NCBI RefSeq assembly: GCF_036321535.1
Contig: NC_087437.1
Location: forward strand, 48,300,001 to 48,364,000
DNA: 64,000 nucleotides
Direction of reading: 5' to 3'
From: Camelus dromedarius
Taxonomy: Eukaryota
Every line of letters starts with the position of its first letter. Position 1 is the stretch's first letter. The position numbers and the translations under genes were made by a program. The notes below the pieces were generated by a model that worked only from the letters and a program-made list of their open reading frames with translations, was not told the origin of the DNA and searched no databases. Below are positions 63,649-64,000 of this stretch, piece after piece.

Positions 63649-64000
63649 TAGCTACATGCAAATCAATGAAACTAGAACACTCCTTCATACCATACACAAA
63701 AACAAACTCCAAAAGGTTTAAAGATCTAAATATAAGATGTGACACCATAAAACTCCTGTAAGAGAACACAGGCAAAACATTTTAGGGCATAAATCACAGC
63801 AATATTTTCTTAGATCAGTTTCCCAAGGCCAAGGAAATAAAAAGCAAAAATAAACAGGACCTAATCAAACTTAAAAGCTTTTGCACAGCAAAGTAAACCA
63901 TGAACAAAATGAAAGACAACCTACAGAATGGGAGAAAATATTTGCAAATGATGCAACCAACAAGGAGTTAATATCTGAAATACACAAACAGCTCACATGA
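63649..64000 (+). mobile_element. 5'-truncated LINE-1 ORF2 3' region, runs off the window
   Basis: 'gctacatgcaaatcaatgaaactagaacactcc...ggacctaatcaaacttaaaagcttttgcacagc...gggagaaaatatttgcaaat'. Confidence 0.92.

Noticed and set aside
1..64000. CRISPR array, operon or prokaryotic/viral defence system
   Set aside because: No regularly spaced repeats or gene-dense ORFs; the sequence is repeat-rich mammalian DNA.

Overview
AT-rich, CpG-poor mammalian genomic DNA, most likely camelid (camel/alpaca lineage). The assignment rests on a young tRNA-Ala-derived SINE resembling Vic-1 at ~57.0 kb; I saw no Alu, BovB/Bov-tA, PRE-1 or SINEC. Much of the window is decayed transposable elements: several LINE-1 relics (two nested L1-in-L1 insertions, one with a twin-priming 5' inversion), L2, MIR, MaLR/ERVL LTRs, hAT DNA-transposon fragments and microsatellites. 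I recognise no intact protein-coding gene. Every ORF with a recognisable product is a broken L1 ORF1/ORF2 piece, and the rest look like chance ORFs. The window reads as intergenic DNA or a large intron, with a few candidate enhancers and candidate minus-strand non-coding exons. I found no convincing previously undescribed biological system; the best-supported observations concern retrotransposon insertion history. Repeat subfamily names are recalled from consensus sequences, not from a database search, and boundaries are approximate unless exact junctions are quoted.
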